Below, one piece after another: positions 54,386 through 64,000 of a DNA stretch of 64,000 nucleotides (positions are counted from its first letter, which is position 1; each line of letters begins with the position of its first letter). The DNA comes from Paraphysomonas bandaiensis (taxonomy: Eukaryota > Protista > Chrysophyceae). The stretch covers positions 1 through 64,000 of the forward strand of contig CBFFRP010000025.1 of NCBI GenBank assembly GCA_965644295.1, given 5' to 3'. The position numbers were made by a program, and so were the translations under genes. Below the pieces are notes generated by a model, which saw only the letters and a list, made by a program, of their open reading frames with translations, was not told where the DNA came from and did no database searches.

Positions 54386-57251
54386 GAGATAGTAGGGCGT
54401 TGTCTAGGGCAGTAGAAAGACCGGCAGGGTCTAAGAGGAAGTAGTGAGCATCTTGTAGTATGACATGGTAGTAATTATCACGAATAGCGTTCCTAAGTTC
54501 CTCCACCTTCCATGCGATGTTATAAGCTACTTTGTCAGTAGGGATGCCTACAATGCTGAGATAATTACCATTTTGCGCCCACGTCGTGCAGGGGTTGATA
54601 GTAGAGGCTAAAAGGTGGACCTCTCGCACTGAGAGCCAGTGAGTTATGTCGTCCTCCGTAGTGTATGTTGTTTTGGTAGGTATTAAAAGTGCGGCCTGTG
54701 CGTGATCCAACTTATGTCGTAGTGGCTGAAGTGTGTGATGGGCCATGCACTCCCGTTGCATTGTGTCGAACGCGTGGGTGCCTAATGTATTTATAAAAGA
54801 TGCTAGCGTGTGACGGTCCTTGCGTTGTTTGAGGTCTAATTTCAGACAGGAGCGAGTGTGTCGCCTGCTTGAAGCAAGAATGTGCAGATGATAGAGTGTG
54901 CTGTATGCGCAGTACCCATCACTTGGGATATGTTGTTGTGTGCGAAGGACTGAGGGTCTGAGGGTGAGGCGATAGACTCTGCTCATGTCGCACATATGGA
55001 GCCTGAGTTGTCGACGGTCCGTGGGGTTCATCTGCCGTAGTTGACGTCGAGCTCTCGGTGACAAGGAGACTGCAATTACTTCCCTCTGTTCCTGTTGCTC
55101 TCTTTGCTCATGTAGCATAGATGGTACAGTTGACGGTTCAGAAGTCCAGATGATGTTGGTGCTCTGTCTGGAGGTCTGGTGTTGTAGAAAACAGGATAGC
55201 CGCTCCTGAGTCCGTGTTAGAGCGTGCATGATGCAGGTGGGGATATTTGTTGCATTTAGTATGTGAAACCCATGCTGGCTGCGTATGATGTCATGGGTTA
55301 CCACAGTGTTGGTAGAAGCGTGCACTGTTAGTGCCTGTCTGGAGAATGGTGATAGCTGTGCCCAACCAGGCGCCAGGTGCGGTTGAACAGCGTCCCATAG
55401 TCTGTATGGTATGGAGAGAAGATCGAGTAGCAGTTGGAAATCCTCCGTGTCTAGATGTAGTCCTGTGTGTGGATTCGAGGATTCATATTGCATAAGTGTC
55501 TTACGGAGAGTGACAGTGGCTGTTGAGGGAATACCCTTTGTCAGGCAAAGGGTCCGCACATGCCTAGATACAACATGAGTGGAGTCTGCCCAGGGTTTGT
55601 TGCCATTCGCGAGATGCTGGGCAACTAGTAGGGCGCTGTGCGTGGTGTCCAATTTGTGCTCTGGTAGCGTGAATGATATCATGAGATCATAGTTGTCCGT
55701 CCTGGAAGCCTTGGCTATGAATCCTTCCCATATGTCTAAACAGGCAGGGGATAGCATGTGTGCGTATATTTCTTTTAAAAGGTTTCCCTGTGGGGAGGCA
55801 GCAATGGTTTGGGTTTCATCATATCTAACCCAGTTGTTCAGCAGATCGGAGTGAAAGGGCGTGTGACCCCGGCCCTCTGTGTAGTGTAGGGTGTGTGTGG
55901 CAATATCCTTGGGCAGTACATCCGGCCTGATGTCAGGAGTGGTAGTGGAGAGTGAGGATGGGCCGTCTGGGGCTAATGCTGGAGTTCCCATGGTGTTCAG
56001 TTGAGTAAGGTTGGTGGTAGGTGGCTTCCGTTTGACTGGGAAATAGTCAAATAACGTTGCATACGGTGTGGTGGCATCCTTAGTGGGTAAGGGTAATGTG
56101 TGGGTGGATTTGCTGGGTCCGTCACCGCTGTTATCGGAGGAGAATTCCTTCCCCTGAAGGGCGTGGGAGGGATGGTTGATGGACCTGGCACGATGGACTC
56201 CTTGCATTCCCTTGGAATGACATTGCAACACATTTTGGAGACGCATGATGACGAGGTCAGGAATTCTCTCGAGTAGCGCGTGTAGTTCCAACTCCACCGG
56301 GTATTTGGTGTCCAGGAGGAAGTGATCGTTGGAGCAAAACACATCATAAGATGGAAGGAATTGAGTTTGTGGAAGGAAGGAGGAATGGTGGGTGGACCAG
56401 TACGCCCAGTAAGGGAGAGGCGATAGTTTGTCTGGGGGTTTTCTAGGAGGAGGTAGAGTGTACTGTGTGTGTGTATGACACTGCAGTGGTGTTATGAGTG
56501 TGTTGGACAGAGAGAGAGAGCTGGTGATGTGTCCAACAGTACAGGTAGACAGGTACATGGACATGGTGATGTGTCCAACAGTACAGGTAGACAGGTACAT
56601 GGACATGGTGATGTGTCCAACAGTACAGGTAGACAGGTACAAGTACATGGTGATGTGTCCAACAGCAGTAGAGGTATACACGGAATGGTATACATCCTGT
56701 AGGACACAGTAGTACAGTAGTCGAGTATACCGTATGCGGAATACAGTGTCTATCCAATGAGATGGATGGGCTGTGGGGGTGATAGGTGAACAGGGTGAGG
56801 GGGTAGCCTGCTGGGTGGATGGACCACAGACAAACCATGTTGGGTTGGGTTGAGTGGGCGGCAGAAGGCAGCCCTGTTGCACAGTTGAGAGGGATCGAGA
56901 GTATTCAGTGATTGCATAGGGGGTCCATGGGGGTCGTTTTCGTGAGCCTGCTCGCACGAGCCATGTTCTGAGAGGTTGTAGCCGTAGAAAGCGATGGGTG
57001 AGACGAAGTTGTCTGCTGAGGGGATAGCACGTAGGTGCGGTCAGCGCTGCATTGGTGCAGGCACGTGGTTTAACTGAAGTAGTTGAGTAGGGTGAAGGTT
57101 GCAAGGCCAGGCAGGGGGGCTTGGAGCGTGTACAACATGGTGTGACAGGTAATTTGTCGGAAGCGTGGTGGTCAACAAAATGCAGCAGTAAGGGAGTGTA
57201 AAAGGCCCTGGGCACACTGATGTGACTCAGCCACGGTCTCAATAGAGACAT
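54351..57251 (-). CDS. LINE ORF1 with a C-terminal OTU-like cysteine protease domain
   Basis: HIPSDGYCAYSTL (D-G-x-C), HWLSVREVHLLA (W...E box) and VILQDAHYFLL (HY) at ~54935-54430. The N-terminus is low-complexity and the true start is uncertain. Confidence 0.75.
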   Translation of the reverse strand: MSLLRPWLSHISVPRAFYTPLLLHFVDHHASDKLPVTPCCTRSKPPCLALQPSPYSTTSVKPRACTNAALTAPTCYPLSRQLRLTHRFLRLQPLRTWLVRAGSRKRPPWTPYAITEYSRSLSTVQQGCLLPPTQPNPTWFVCGPSTQQATPSPCSPITPTAHPSHWIDTVFRIRYTRLLYYCVLQDVYHSVYTSTAVGHITMYLYLSTCTVGHITMSMYLSTCTVGHITMSMYLSTCTVGHITSSLSLSNTLITPLQCHTHTQYTLPPPRKPPDKLSPLPYWAYWSTHHSSFLPQTQFLPSYDVFCSNDHFLLDTKYPVELELHALLERIPDLVIMRLQNVLQCHSKGMQGVHRARSINHPSHALQGKEFSSDNSGDGPSKSTHTLPLPTKDATTPYATLFDYFPVKRKPPTTNLTQLNTMGTPALAPDGPSSLSTTTPDIRPDVLPKDIATHTLHYTEGRGHTPFHSDLLNNWVRYDETQTIAASPQGNLLKEIYAHMLSPACLDIWEGFIAKASRTDNYDLMISFTLPEHKLDTTHSALLVAQHLANGNKPWADSTHVVSRHVRTLCLTKGIPSTATVTLRKTLMQYESSNPHTGLHLDTEDFQLLLDLLSIPYRLWDAVQPHLAPGWAQLSPFSRQALTVHASTNTVVTHDIIRSQHGFHILNATNIPTCIMHALTRTQERLSCFLQHQTSRQSTNIIWTSEPSTVPSMLHEQREQQEQREVIAVSLSPRARRQLRQMNPTDRRQLRLHMCDMSRVYRLTLRPSVLRTQQHIPSDGYCAYSTLYHLHILASSRRHTRSCLKLDLKQRKDRHTLASFINTLGTHAFDTMQRECMAHHTLQPLRHKLDHAQAALLIPTKTTYTTEDDITHWLSVREVHLLASTINPCTTWAQNGNYLSIVGIPTDKVAYNIAWKVEELRNAIRDNYYHVILQDAHYFLLDPAGLSTALDNALLSLENTLATSILW
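56522..56680 (-). repeat. 42-bp tandem repeat (3 full + 1 partial) in the LINE 5' region
   Basis: TGGTGATGTGTCCAACAGTACAGGTAGACAGGTACATGGACA-type units at 56522, 56564 and 56606, partial at 56648; two fewer units in the 3398-5067 copy. Confidence 0.95.
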
Positions 57252-57336
57252 TGGGCTTGGAGCTGGTTAATAGAGTGAAACTTTATGTTGGACTGTATTT
57301 GCCATCGTAGGGCAGAGAATTATGTATTTGCCATCG

Positions 57337-58902
57337 TAGGTACTTGTTCATTGAACATACGAGGGAGAACAGAATGTGAAAATCTTATATAGATATGTTT
57401 CATTCCGTCAAAAGGAAAGATCGAATTTCACTGGGGGAATGTAGGGAGAGGTGTAGTATTGTACTTATGCGTCTGAATAGAGTACTAATCATTCTGTAAC
57501 AGATTTCTCAGTATGTATGTTGTTCGAGAGGTTCCCTACAAAGTGAAGCGCAAGACCTGTACCTCTCTTGTTTGTAGCTTCCCTAGGTTTTGGGACAATG
57601 GTCGATATGCCCCCACTCGCTAGCAGTACATCACTTGAGAGGTTTGGGTAGTACATTTCTTTCTTAATTATATTTCTTAATATTGCCACCAGGGGACATT
57701 GATGTGAAGCACATGTCCAGCTCAATCAGGCCTGCTAGGAAACCCGGCCGGCCTCGCAATGCAGCCAAAGCTTTAATCAACGATGAATTCATTGATGTCA
57801 TGGCCCTCAAGCCAGGGAACTGGAAGAATACGAACGCTCGCCACCCACAGTACCTGAATGGTATGTGCGTAGATTACCGCGTAGTGCCGAATCACAAGAA
57901 TCAAAAACTCCTTCGATGGCAGTGTCGGTTCTCGGATGCCCCTGATGACATACTTCCACACCCTAAGATTGTTGGGTTCGATGTCCATGAAATGAAGGAG
58001 GCTGTCGAACTTCGCCGGACTTGGTCACGAGAAACTGCGCATTTCTCGTTCGATTGCGAAGACGAAATGTGATGCATTGCATGTGTACAATAGATGCATT
58101 TGCATTAATTGATGGCTAGAGTATGCTCCCATGTTTGAGTAAAAATTATTATTTTTGACTAGGTGAATACCTTAAAACACCTAGTCAACCTAGTCATTGT
58201 AAACTGAAAATATGAATTTTCACCTACTTGACTAGGTTTTTTACACCAATTTTGGTGTGACTAGGTAGTTCAACCATTTTGACTAGAGGTTGAATAATAC
58301 AACCCGGTTAACTATAGATGACTCTACAGAAGCTGCTTGTGCGTCACCCTAAGCACCTAGGAGTAACCCCTTTCGCTCTCTGTCCTTAAGGTGAACTAGC
58401 CCGGATGCTTGACTTCAGCAGGCAGCCCACTACCCCGGATTCCCTTGAGGTGGGCCCATTCTCAGATACTTGTCTTCAGTGGGCAACCCAATATCCCGGA
58501 TGCCTGTTTATTCGTCAAGGCCCGAAGACGTCTACACAAGTAACACTCATTAGTGTCCCTTGAACCACATATTGAAAATCTGATTATTAAAAGAAGCGCA
58601 AGCTTGTGCGTTGCCGCGACCAACCTAACAACTCGCGCGACACTATGCATAACATGACTCTCATCTAGTTACTATTGCATGCACCGACAAGTGCTCAACT
58701 ATACAACACGATTTAGTTAGCTACATGGGCATACGACGAGTTGCGTGTTTAAGCCGGATCATACACTCCTGCCCAATCTACTTGTCCTAACACAAACAAC
58801 TTGCGGTCGGTGTCTTCGGCATATGTCTCCTGTATATGCGGCAGATCTTTAGGGCCCTCTTCAAGGTGGTGTTCACAGCAGCAGGTAGTCTGGAAGGGAG
58901 AA
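57337..58902 (+). repeat. 1,566-bp direct duplication flanking the LINE, right copy
   Basis: Matches 46365-47930. Confidence 0.97.
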
Positions 58903-59294
58903 TAAAGTAGCTATAGCGCCGGGTCCTCCCACGGTCACGAAGCGGTCTCACTGGTGCAATTTTGCACACTGACGCATGAAACAGACATCTACCAAAATCT
59001 GTTACAAATTCAAGCTGACTCCAATGTCTTCCCTCCATTGTGTGCACTCGTCCAGCACATGCATCCACCTTGCACTCTTCTCCCGAGTGACTTACACTAG
59101 TAGGAAACCGTGCACCTTCCCCGCTCGGATGAAAACCTACTAAGCAAGAATAACATAAAAGCACCACAAATGTACCTGACACTGCTTGGAGAACAGTGCC
59201 AGAGCCTTGATATAATCTCAATGACCTGGGTCAGGAGAAACCAAGACTAGGCAGTAGACGTGTGAGAAGACATGACAGGTCTAATCACATCATT

Positions 59295-59955
59295 GCCATT
59301 GCCATGCATCCATGAGGAAAGTTTGACGCATTACCTCGGTCATTGGCCGGCCACACAGATACCGAATAATGTGAACTCATACTCAGCATCAATCACTCAA
59401 AGCTAACGCAGGGAGCAAGCAGAATGTTGATATACCTGACATCTGCTGACTTCAGGTGTTTGGAGTTCTTAAGGTGAACATCCCGGATGCTTAACTTCAG
59501 CAGGCAGCCCAATACCCCGATTACCCTTCAGGTGGGCCCTGTCCCGGATGCCCTTGAGGTGGGCCCATTCCCGGATGCCTGTTTATTCGTCAGGGCCCAA
59601 AGACGTCTACACAAGTGACACTTATTAGTGTCCCTTGTACCACACAAGCATTTGGCTATGAGTGGGCAGAACAATATATCTGCTGACTATATATATGCTA
59701 TATGCGGCTCACGTTAGTTTCCCAGAGAAATATCTCCGGTACTTATCCCCCAGAACACCACGAAAAGGTGCGAGTCCGACTTTGTTGAGGGACCCTTGAA
59801 CCACACAAGTATTATGTATTAGGCTATGAGTGGGCAGAATATCTGCTGACTATATATATGCTATATGCGGCTCACGTTAGCTTCCTGGATATATATCTCC
59901 GGTACTTATTCCCCAAAACACCACGAAAAAGTGCGTGTCCGACTTTGTTGAGGAA
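59295..59955 (-). pseudogene. Longest remnant of the unidentified decayed coding repeat family, with an internal ~160-bp tandem duplication
   Basis: Minus-strand fragments QQIFCPLIAKCLCGTRDTNKCHLCRRL, GVLGCLLKLSIRDVHLKNSKHLKSADVRYIN and KLSSWMHG; 59640-59792 is repeated at 59801-59955. Confidence 0.5.
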
Positions 59956-60307
59956 ACACTTGGTGGTGAGGATAAAAAATTATAATACCAAGTAAAATAT
60001 ATATATTATTTTAGAAACTCGTACGAACAATAAGTGTTTTCACCTATGTCAGAAAGGAATGTTTTTGTAAACAAAATAGTATATTATTCAGAGTATGCTG
60101 TGTGATAATTCAAATACACAATAAAGTAGGCCTAAATACGCACTTTGAAGCATCGTAGTAAACAAGTCGTAACTACAATTTTAACACTACAATTTCCTTT
60201 ACTTCATTGTGCGCTGTAGTATAGTACTGAATTACGAAATAATTAAAATCACTGCCAACTCCTGTTTCATTCAGTAATAGAGTTCTCAAACCAAGCACAT
60301 ATATAAA

Positions 60308-61867
60308 CTAAACAGAGGGGAGTTCACCGCTATTTTCACAACGAACTTCACATTGAGGCCATTTTGTTCTTAACACAGTAACTATTTGTGGTCCATGCTG
60401 CCTGTCTAGATATGCCTGCCAGTTCGCAGGGAGGTCAGTATAATCCATCCATAAGGTCCACCCAGCAGCATTCCGGGGAACGTTGCAGTGCTGACACACT
60501 TCTGCACCTGCATCGTTCATACCAAAGCACATAGTCTGAAAGCGAGTTTCATAACATGCTCTACACCTCCACGGCTTTCCCTGGACATCGTCCTCTTTCA
60601 AGGAATATGTAGGGAGTGGTGGGAGATGACTTGGCCTCTCCGGGCTCTGGTTAGTGGGATCATCCACAGAAAGCGCAACCTCATATTTCCATTTTTTCCA
60701 TTCTCCTGGTCGACTTGCTTTGTCCTCACTCCTCGCTTGCACAATAGAGTCGATGGTATTTGGCGTTGGTTTGTATTCAATGCCAACACCCTCTGATGCA
60801 CTACCTGGAGCTGGGGCACTGGCACCGCAAGGCGCAGAAACTTGAAGAACTGTAACCCGTGGACCTGCTGGAGGGAGTCCATTCCAATGCACAAGCTGAA
60901 AGTCTCCTGCTATTTCACCCTCGGTTACCCGCCCACTGGGCTGAAACGCTAAGGTGAAGTGGTCTCGTCCGTGGAGGACGTAAACTGGATGTCGTGGAAT
61001 CTTGAGCTCATCAATCACGAGAAACTTTTGCTCATGCTCCATCCCAGATAAAAGACCAACTGAACAAGGTTCCCCCCAAGATCGCTTACTTCCTGATGGT
61101 GAATACGCTGACACACTGTCATCCGGACGTCCGGAGAGAAGCAGGTTGACCAATGCACATGAGCAAGTGTGAAAAGCACCGACGACGAGAGGGAGTTCCG
61201 TACCGTAACCGCGGACAACAGTCTCTGTGCACGTAAGAACTGCTGAAAGAGCAAGAAGAATTGCTCCTCCAGGAGACATATACTGGTTCAAGCAACTGGA
61301 TAGAGCTGCGACAATAGCATGTCTGCCATCCTCCACTGCGAGAGGAATGGTGTTAATCTCCTTCCCAACCCCATTGACTGGGTCTACCCAGGAGCATAAG
61401 TTCACTACTCTCTCTTCTCCTCTACACTGTAAAAGTATATCGACGATAGTTTCAACAATATCCTCATCGGAGGGCTTTACACCAGGAGCCAATCGCCCTG
61501 CATCCATCAATCGTGCAATGACCTTCGCTTGGAAGGATACAAGTACACCACAAGGGCCATTTTTGGGCTGAGTTATTCCTATACCAGCCCAGGCTGATTG
61601 ATCTGAGTCAGTTGGGCTATAATCAAATGCAAGACTCTGAATTTTCCAGGACTCAGGCACTTCATCAGAGAAGAGGAGTCTCATTTCTGATGCAACAGTT
61701 GGTAAAGAGACTGGTTGAGGAGAGAAGTCTGTCCCTCCTGCACCCCCGTTATCAAAGTACAGTTGAATTGCTGTGTCCATATCATATCCACTCATCTCCA
61801 TGAACATACTGGCTGTCTGGCGATCAGCAGATGTGATTGCGATGAAGTTATCGATCATATCATCCAT
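60308..61867 (-). CDS. MINDY-3/4-like deubiquitinase with an N-terminal UBA-like domain and a Cys4 zinc-finger insertion
   Basis: FIAIT...A...MEMSGYDMDTAIQLYF; catalytic QPKNGPCGVL; LVNLLLSG; LKIPRHPVYVL...HFTLAF; WRCRAC...ND...CQHC; VLRTKWP. Confidence 0.88.
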   Translation of the reverse strand: MDDMIDNFIAITSADRQTASMFMEMSGYDMDTAIQLYFDNGGAGGTDFSPQPVSLPTVASEMRLLFSDEVPESWKIQSLAFDYSPTDSDQSAWAGIGITQPKNGPCGVLVSFQAKVIARLMDAGRLAPGVKPSDEDIVETIVDILLQCRGEERVVNLCSWVDPVNGVGKEINTIPLAVEDGRHAIVAALSSCLNQYMSPGGAILLALSAVLTCTETVVRGYGTELPLVVGAFHTCSCALVNLLLSGRPDDSVSAYSPSGSKRSWGEPCSVGLLSGMEHEQKFLVIDELKIPRHPVYVLHGRDHFTLAFQPSGRVTEGEIAGDFQLVHWNGLPPAGPRVTVLQVSAPCGASAPAPGSASEGVGIEYKPTPNTIDSIVQARSEDKASRPGEWKKWKYEVALSVDDPTNQSPERPSHLPPLPTYSLKEDDVQGKPWRCRACYETRFQTMCFGMNDAGAEVCQHCNVPRNAAGWTLWMDYTDLPANWQAYLDRQHGPQIVTVLRTKWPQCEVRCENSGELPSV

Positions 61868-62430
61868 GAGTGACTTACGATGCAGTGCTACAGTAGAAGA
61901 GGGCTGGATATCAGAGATACTGTATATGTATAGTGCTCACACACTTAACACTCGAGTAGGAGTATGAATATGCGTGAAATGGATGTAGAAAGCAAAGTAC
62001 GACACTCTCAGGTCGCTGCTGACATCTGCTGAGAACAACACTTCGACTTCTGTTCCTGTCACTGCTGTATATAAAACCCACACAATGAAAAGCCGATTTT
62101 TTAGAATATCACCTTTAAAAAACCCCTTCAAAAACTTGATTTTCTAGGATTCTATTGAATTTTTAGGACTCTGTACATTTTGGACATACATTTTTTGGAA
62201 AAATTTCGCATGATTCTAAAAAGTGGGTGATGTATGCTCATATATGGTACATGTATGTATGTAGCATACTCTGCTGTGCTGGGTGTCCACCACATTGTTG
62301 CTATCCTCCCATTGCTACAGAAGAACTTGAGGATTTGTTGTGTATGAAACGTGATGCATAAGGACTAGTGCAGCAAGATTCCACCACTGCTTCTCACACT
62401 TAGTCTGTTGCTATCTATATCGATATCAGT

Positions 62431-64000
62431 ATGAATAAGTTCCTTACAGTTATTTTAGCCATCGGGGTGGGAAATGCGCTGGAGTGGTTTGACTTTGCTA
62501 TATTCGGTGCCTTGGCTGATATAATCGGCTATCACTTCTTTCCTGCAAAGCATAGTAGTGCCGCACTGATGGCATCTTTCACATTGTATTGCACGGCTTT
62601 CTTCATGCGACCACTGGGCGGGATACTGATGGGGTATATAGGAGATACGTATGGGAGAAAATCTGCATTAGAAATATCCGTATGTTTGATGCTAATTCCA
62701 TCTTTTCTTATGGGCAGCCTTCCCACATTTCAGCATATTGGTTTCGTAGCTACCGGTGCTCTGGTGGTGTTGCGAATGCTGCAGGGTCTTGCAGTGGGAG
62801 GTGAGATGATTGGTGCTTATATATACACCATAGAGGCCTGTGAAGGAAAGCGCCGGGGATTGTGGGGTGGAGTTTGCAAGGCCACGGCATTGACCGGCAC
62901 TGTATTGGGCATGGGTGTCGTTACCCTCTTACGAGAGGTTTTATCAGAGGAAGACATGTACCAATGGGGTTGGAGAATACCTTTCTTATCTTCCATCTTG
63001 CTCGGAATAGTTGGTATATATCTCCGCTCATTCTTACACGAGAGCGAAGAGTATCTCAAAATAAAGGCCAGCACTGAACAAGTTAAAGAAAAGGGCTTCA
63101 CTACCGTGCAAGCAGTACGGGCGCACTGGCCAGAGGTGATACTGGGATCGCTTATCACCGCCTTTTGGTGCACGGGATACTACACATGCTTTATATGGAT
63201 GGGTATGATAATAACTGTAGATATATGTGACGTAGAAGGGAGGTTGTGTGTTGCTGTGGGTGAGGGTATGTAGTTGATGTAGAATTGTTGAAGTGTGCCA
63301 TGCATCTACAACCACTACCATATAGTGTATTGCCTATATACGTGCATAGCATCTCAAAATAACTTCAGGTTACTATACGTCTGATCTGATTCGCGGAGAT
63401 CCAGTGTCACACCCGTGGGCTATAAATATCCTTATGATCAGCGCTTTAGTTTTGCTGATGCCACTGGGTGGAATCATCGGAGACTCTCTCTGCCAGTATT
63501 CTGGGTAAACTTTTGTTTTTAATTGAATAGCGTAACCGTACTAAACATGCGGTTGCCACACATATCGTAACAGTACTACACATGCGGTTGCCACACATAT
63601 TATTGTTGGATGAGAGTGTGTGGTGATAGTATGCTCGATATTTCAGGAAGTTTCTAATGTAATAACATGATGAACCGCAGAAATGAAGCTGGATTTAAAC
63701 GCACTCTTATGCTCGGATGTGTATTGGCTTGCTTCTTAGGTGGGTTTCATATTTCTACTGTTGTAATTAGGGCTGATAATAATTGTTGCACACTGTAAAA
63801 TTTAGGAATTCCGGCATTTCTTCTGATTAACATGAAATCCATGTGGTCTGTCTGTCTTGGGCAGTTGCTATTCGCATTCAGTTTATCATTGTATGGTAGC
63901 TGCATGCCTGTCGTGCTTGTTACATTGGTACGCTCACTGCATATTTCACACCTTTACTAAATGAACTGGTACTTCTTTACAGTTTGTGACACAATATAGA
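62431..64000 (+). CDS. MFS metabolite:H+ symporter (ProP-like), spliced, runs off the window end
   Basis: GNALEWFDFA, FFMRPLGG...GYIGDTYGRK, RMLQGLAVGGE, and WGWRIPFL; further exons at ~63369-63504, ~63681-63739 and ~63806-63927. Confidence 0.9.

Larger units (their letters stand above)
47931..57340 (-). mobile_element. Full-length non-LTR (LINE-like) retrotransposon: OTU protease - SET - APE - RT - RNase H - CCHC
   Basis: Three overlapping ORFs covering ~9.1 kb; ends defined by the flanking duplication and by the second copy at 3398-5067. Confidence 0.95.

Noticed and set aside
56443-56838. His/Cys-rich ORF (YLYCWTHHHVHVPV)n, also 3684-4193, as a metal-binding protein
   Set aside because: Alternative-frame reading of the 42-bp repeat inside ORF1; no independent support.
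57100-57322. Self-cleaving ribozyme at the LINE 5' end
   Set aside because: No hammerhead CTGATGA/GAAA core or convincing HDV-like pairing found by eye.
46365-58902. Long direct repeats as LTRs of an LTR or DIRS retrotransposon
   Set aside because: No TG...CA ends, integrase or tyrosine recombinase; the enzymes are non-LTR type (APE + RT); the repeat is continuous with flanking DNA and absent from the other family copy.
54430-61867. Functional link between the element's OTU domain and the neighbouring MINDY deubiquitinase
   Set aside because: Unrelated families; MINDY lies outside the element and its duplication, so proximity is probably chance.
63531-63600. 35-bp tandem duplication (also a ~22-bp duplication at ~16984-17027 and a short one at ~2783-2868)
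   Set aside because: Simple two-copy local duplications in intronic or intergenic DNA with no further structure.

Overview
Eukaryotic, intron-containing genomic DNA from a microbial eukaryote (gene content is compatible with a stramenopile; this is inference). About 20 host genes are interspersed with mobile DNA. The main finding is a ~9.4 kb LINE-like non-LTR retrotransposon (47931-57340, minus strand). Besides the usual AP endonuclease, reverse transcriptase, RNase H and CCHC knuckle, it encodes an OTU-like cysteine protease and a SET-domain methyltransferase. It is flanked by an apparently identical 1,566-bp direct duplication of the target locus. The same family has a 1.67 kb non-autonomous copy with a 171-bp duplication (3398-5067) and two nested 3'-end fragments with 16- and 12-bp duplications (20955-21428). 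All copies lack poly(A); the longer ones share a structured 3' UTR and a terminal P(K)xRPPD peptide. The window opens with the end of a very AT-rich Polinton/virus-like element (truncated D5-type helicase inside long inverted repeats) abutting a fragment of a host FAD-oxidase gene. Decayed copia and MULE remnants and an unidentified decayed coding repeat are also present. All domain calls are by motif recognition only, and exon boundaries are approximate.
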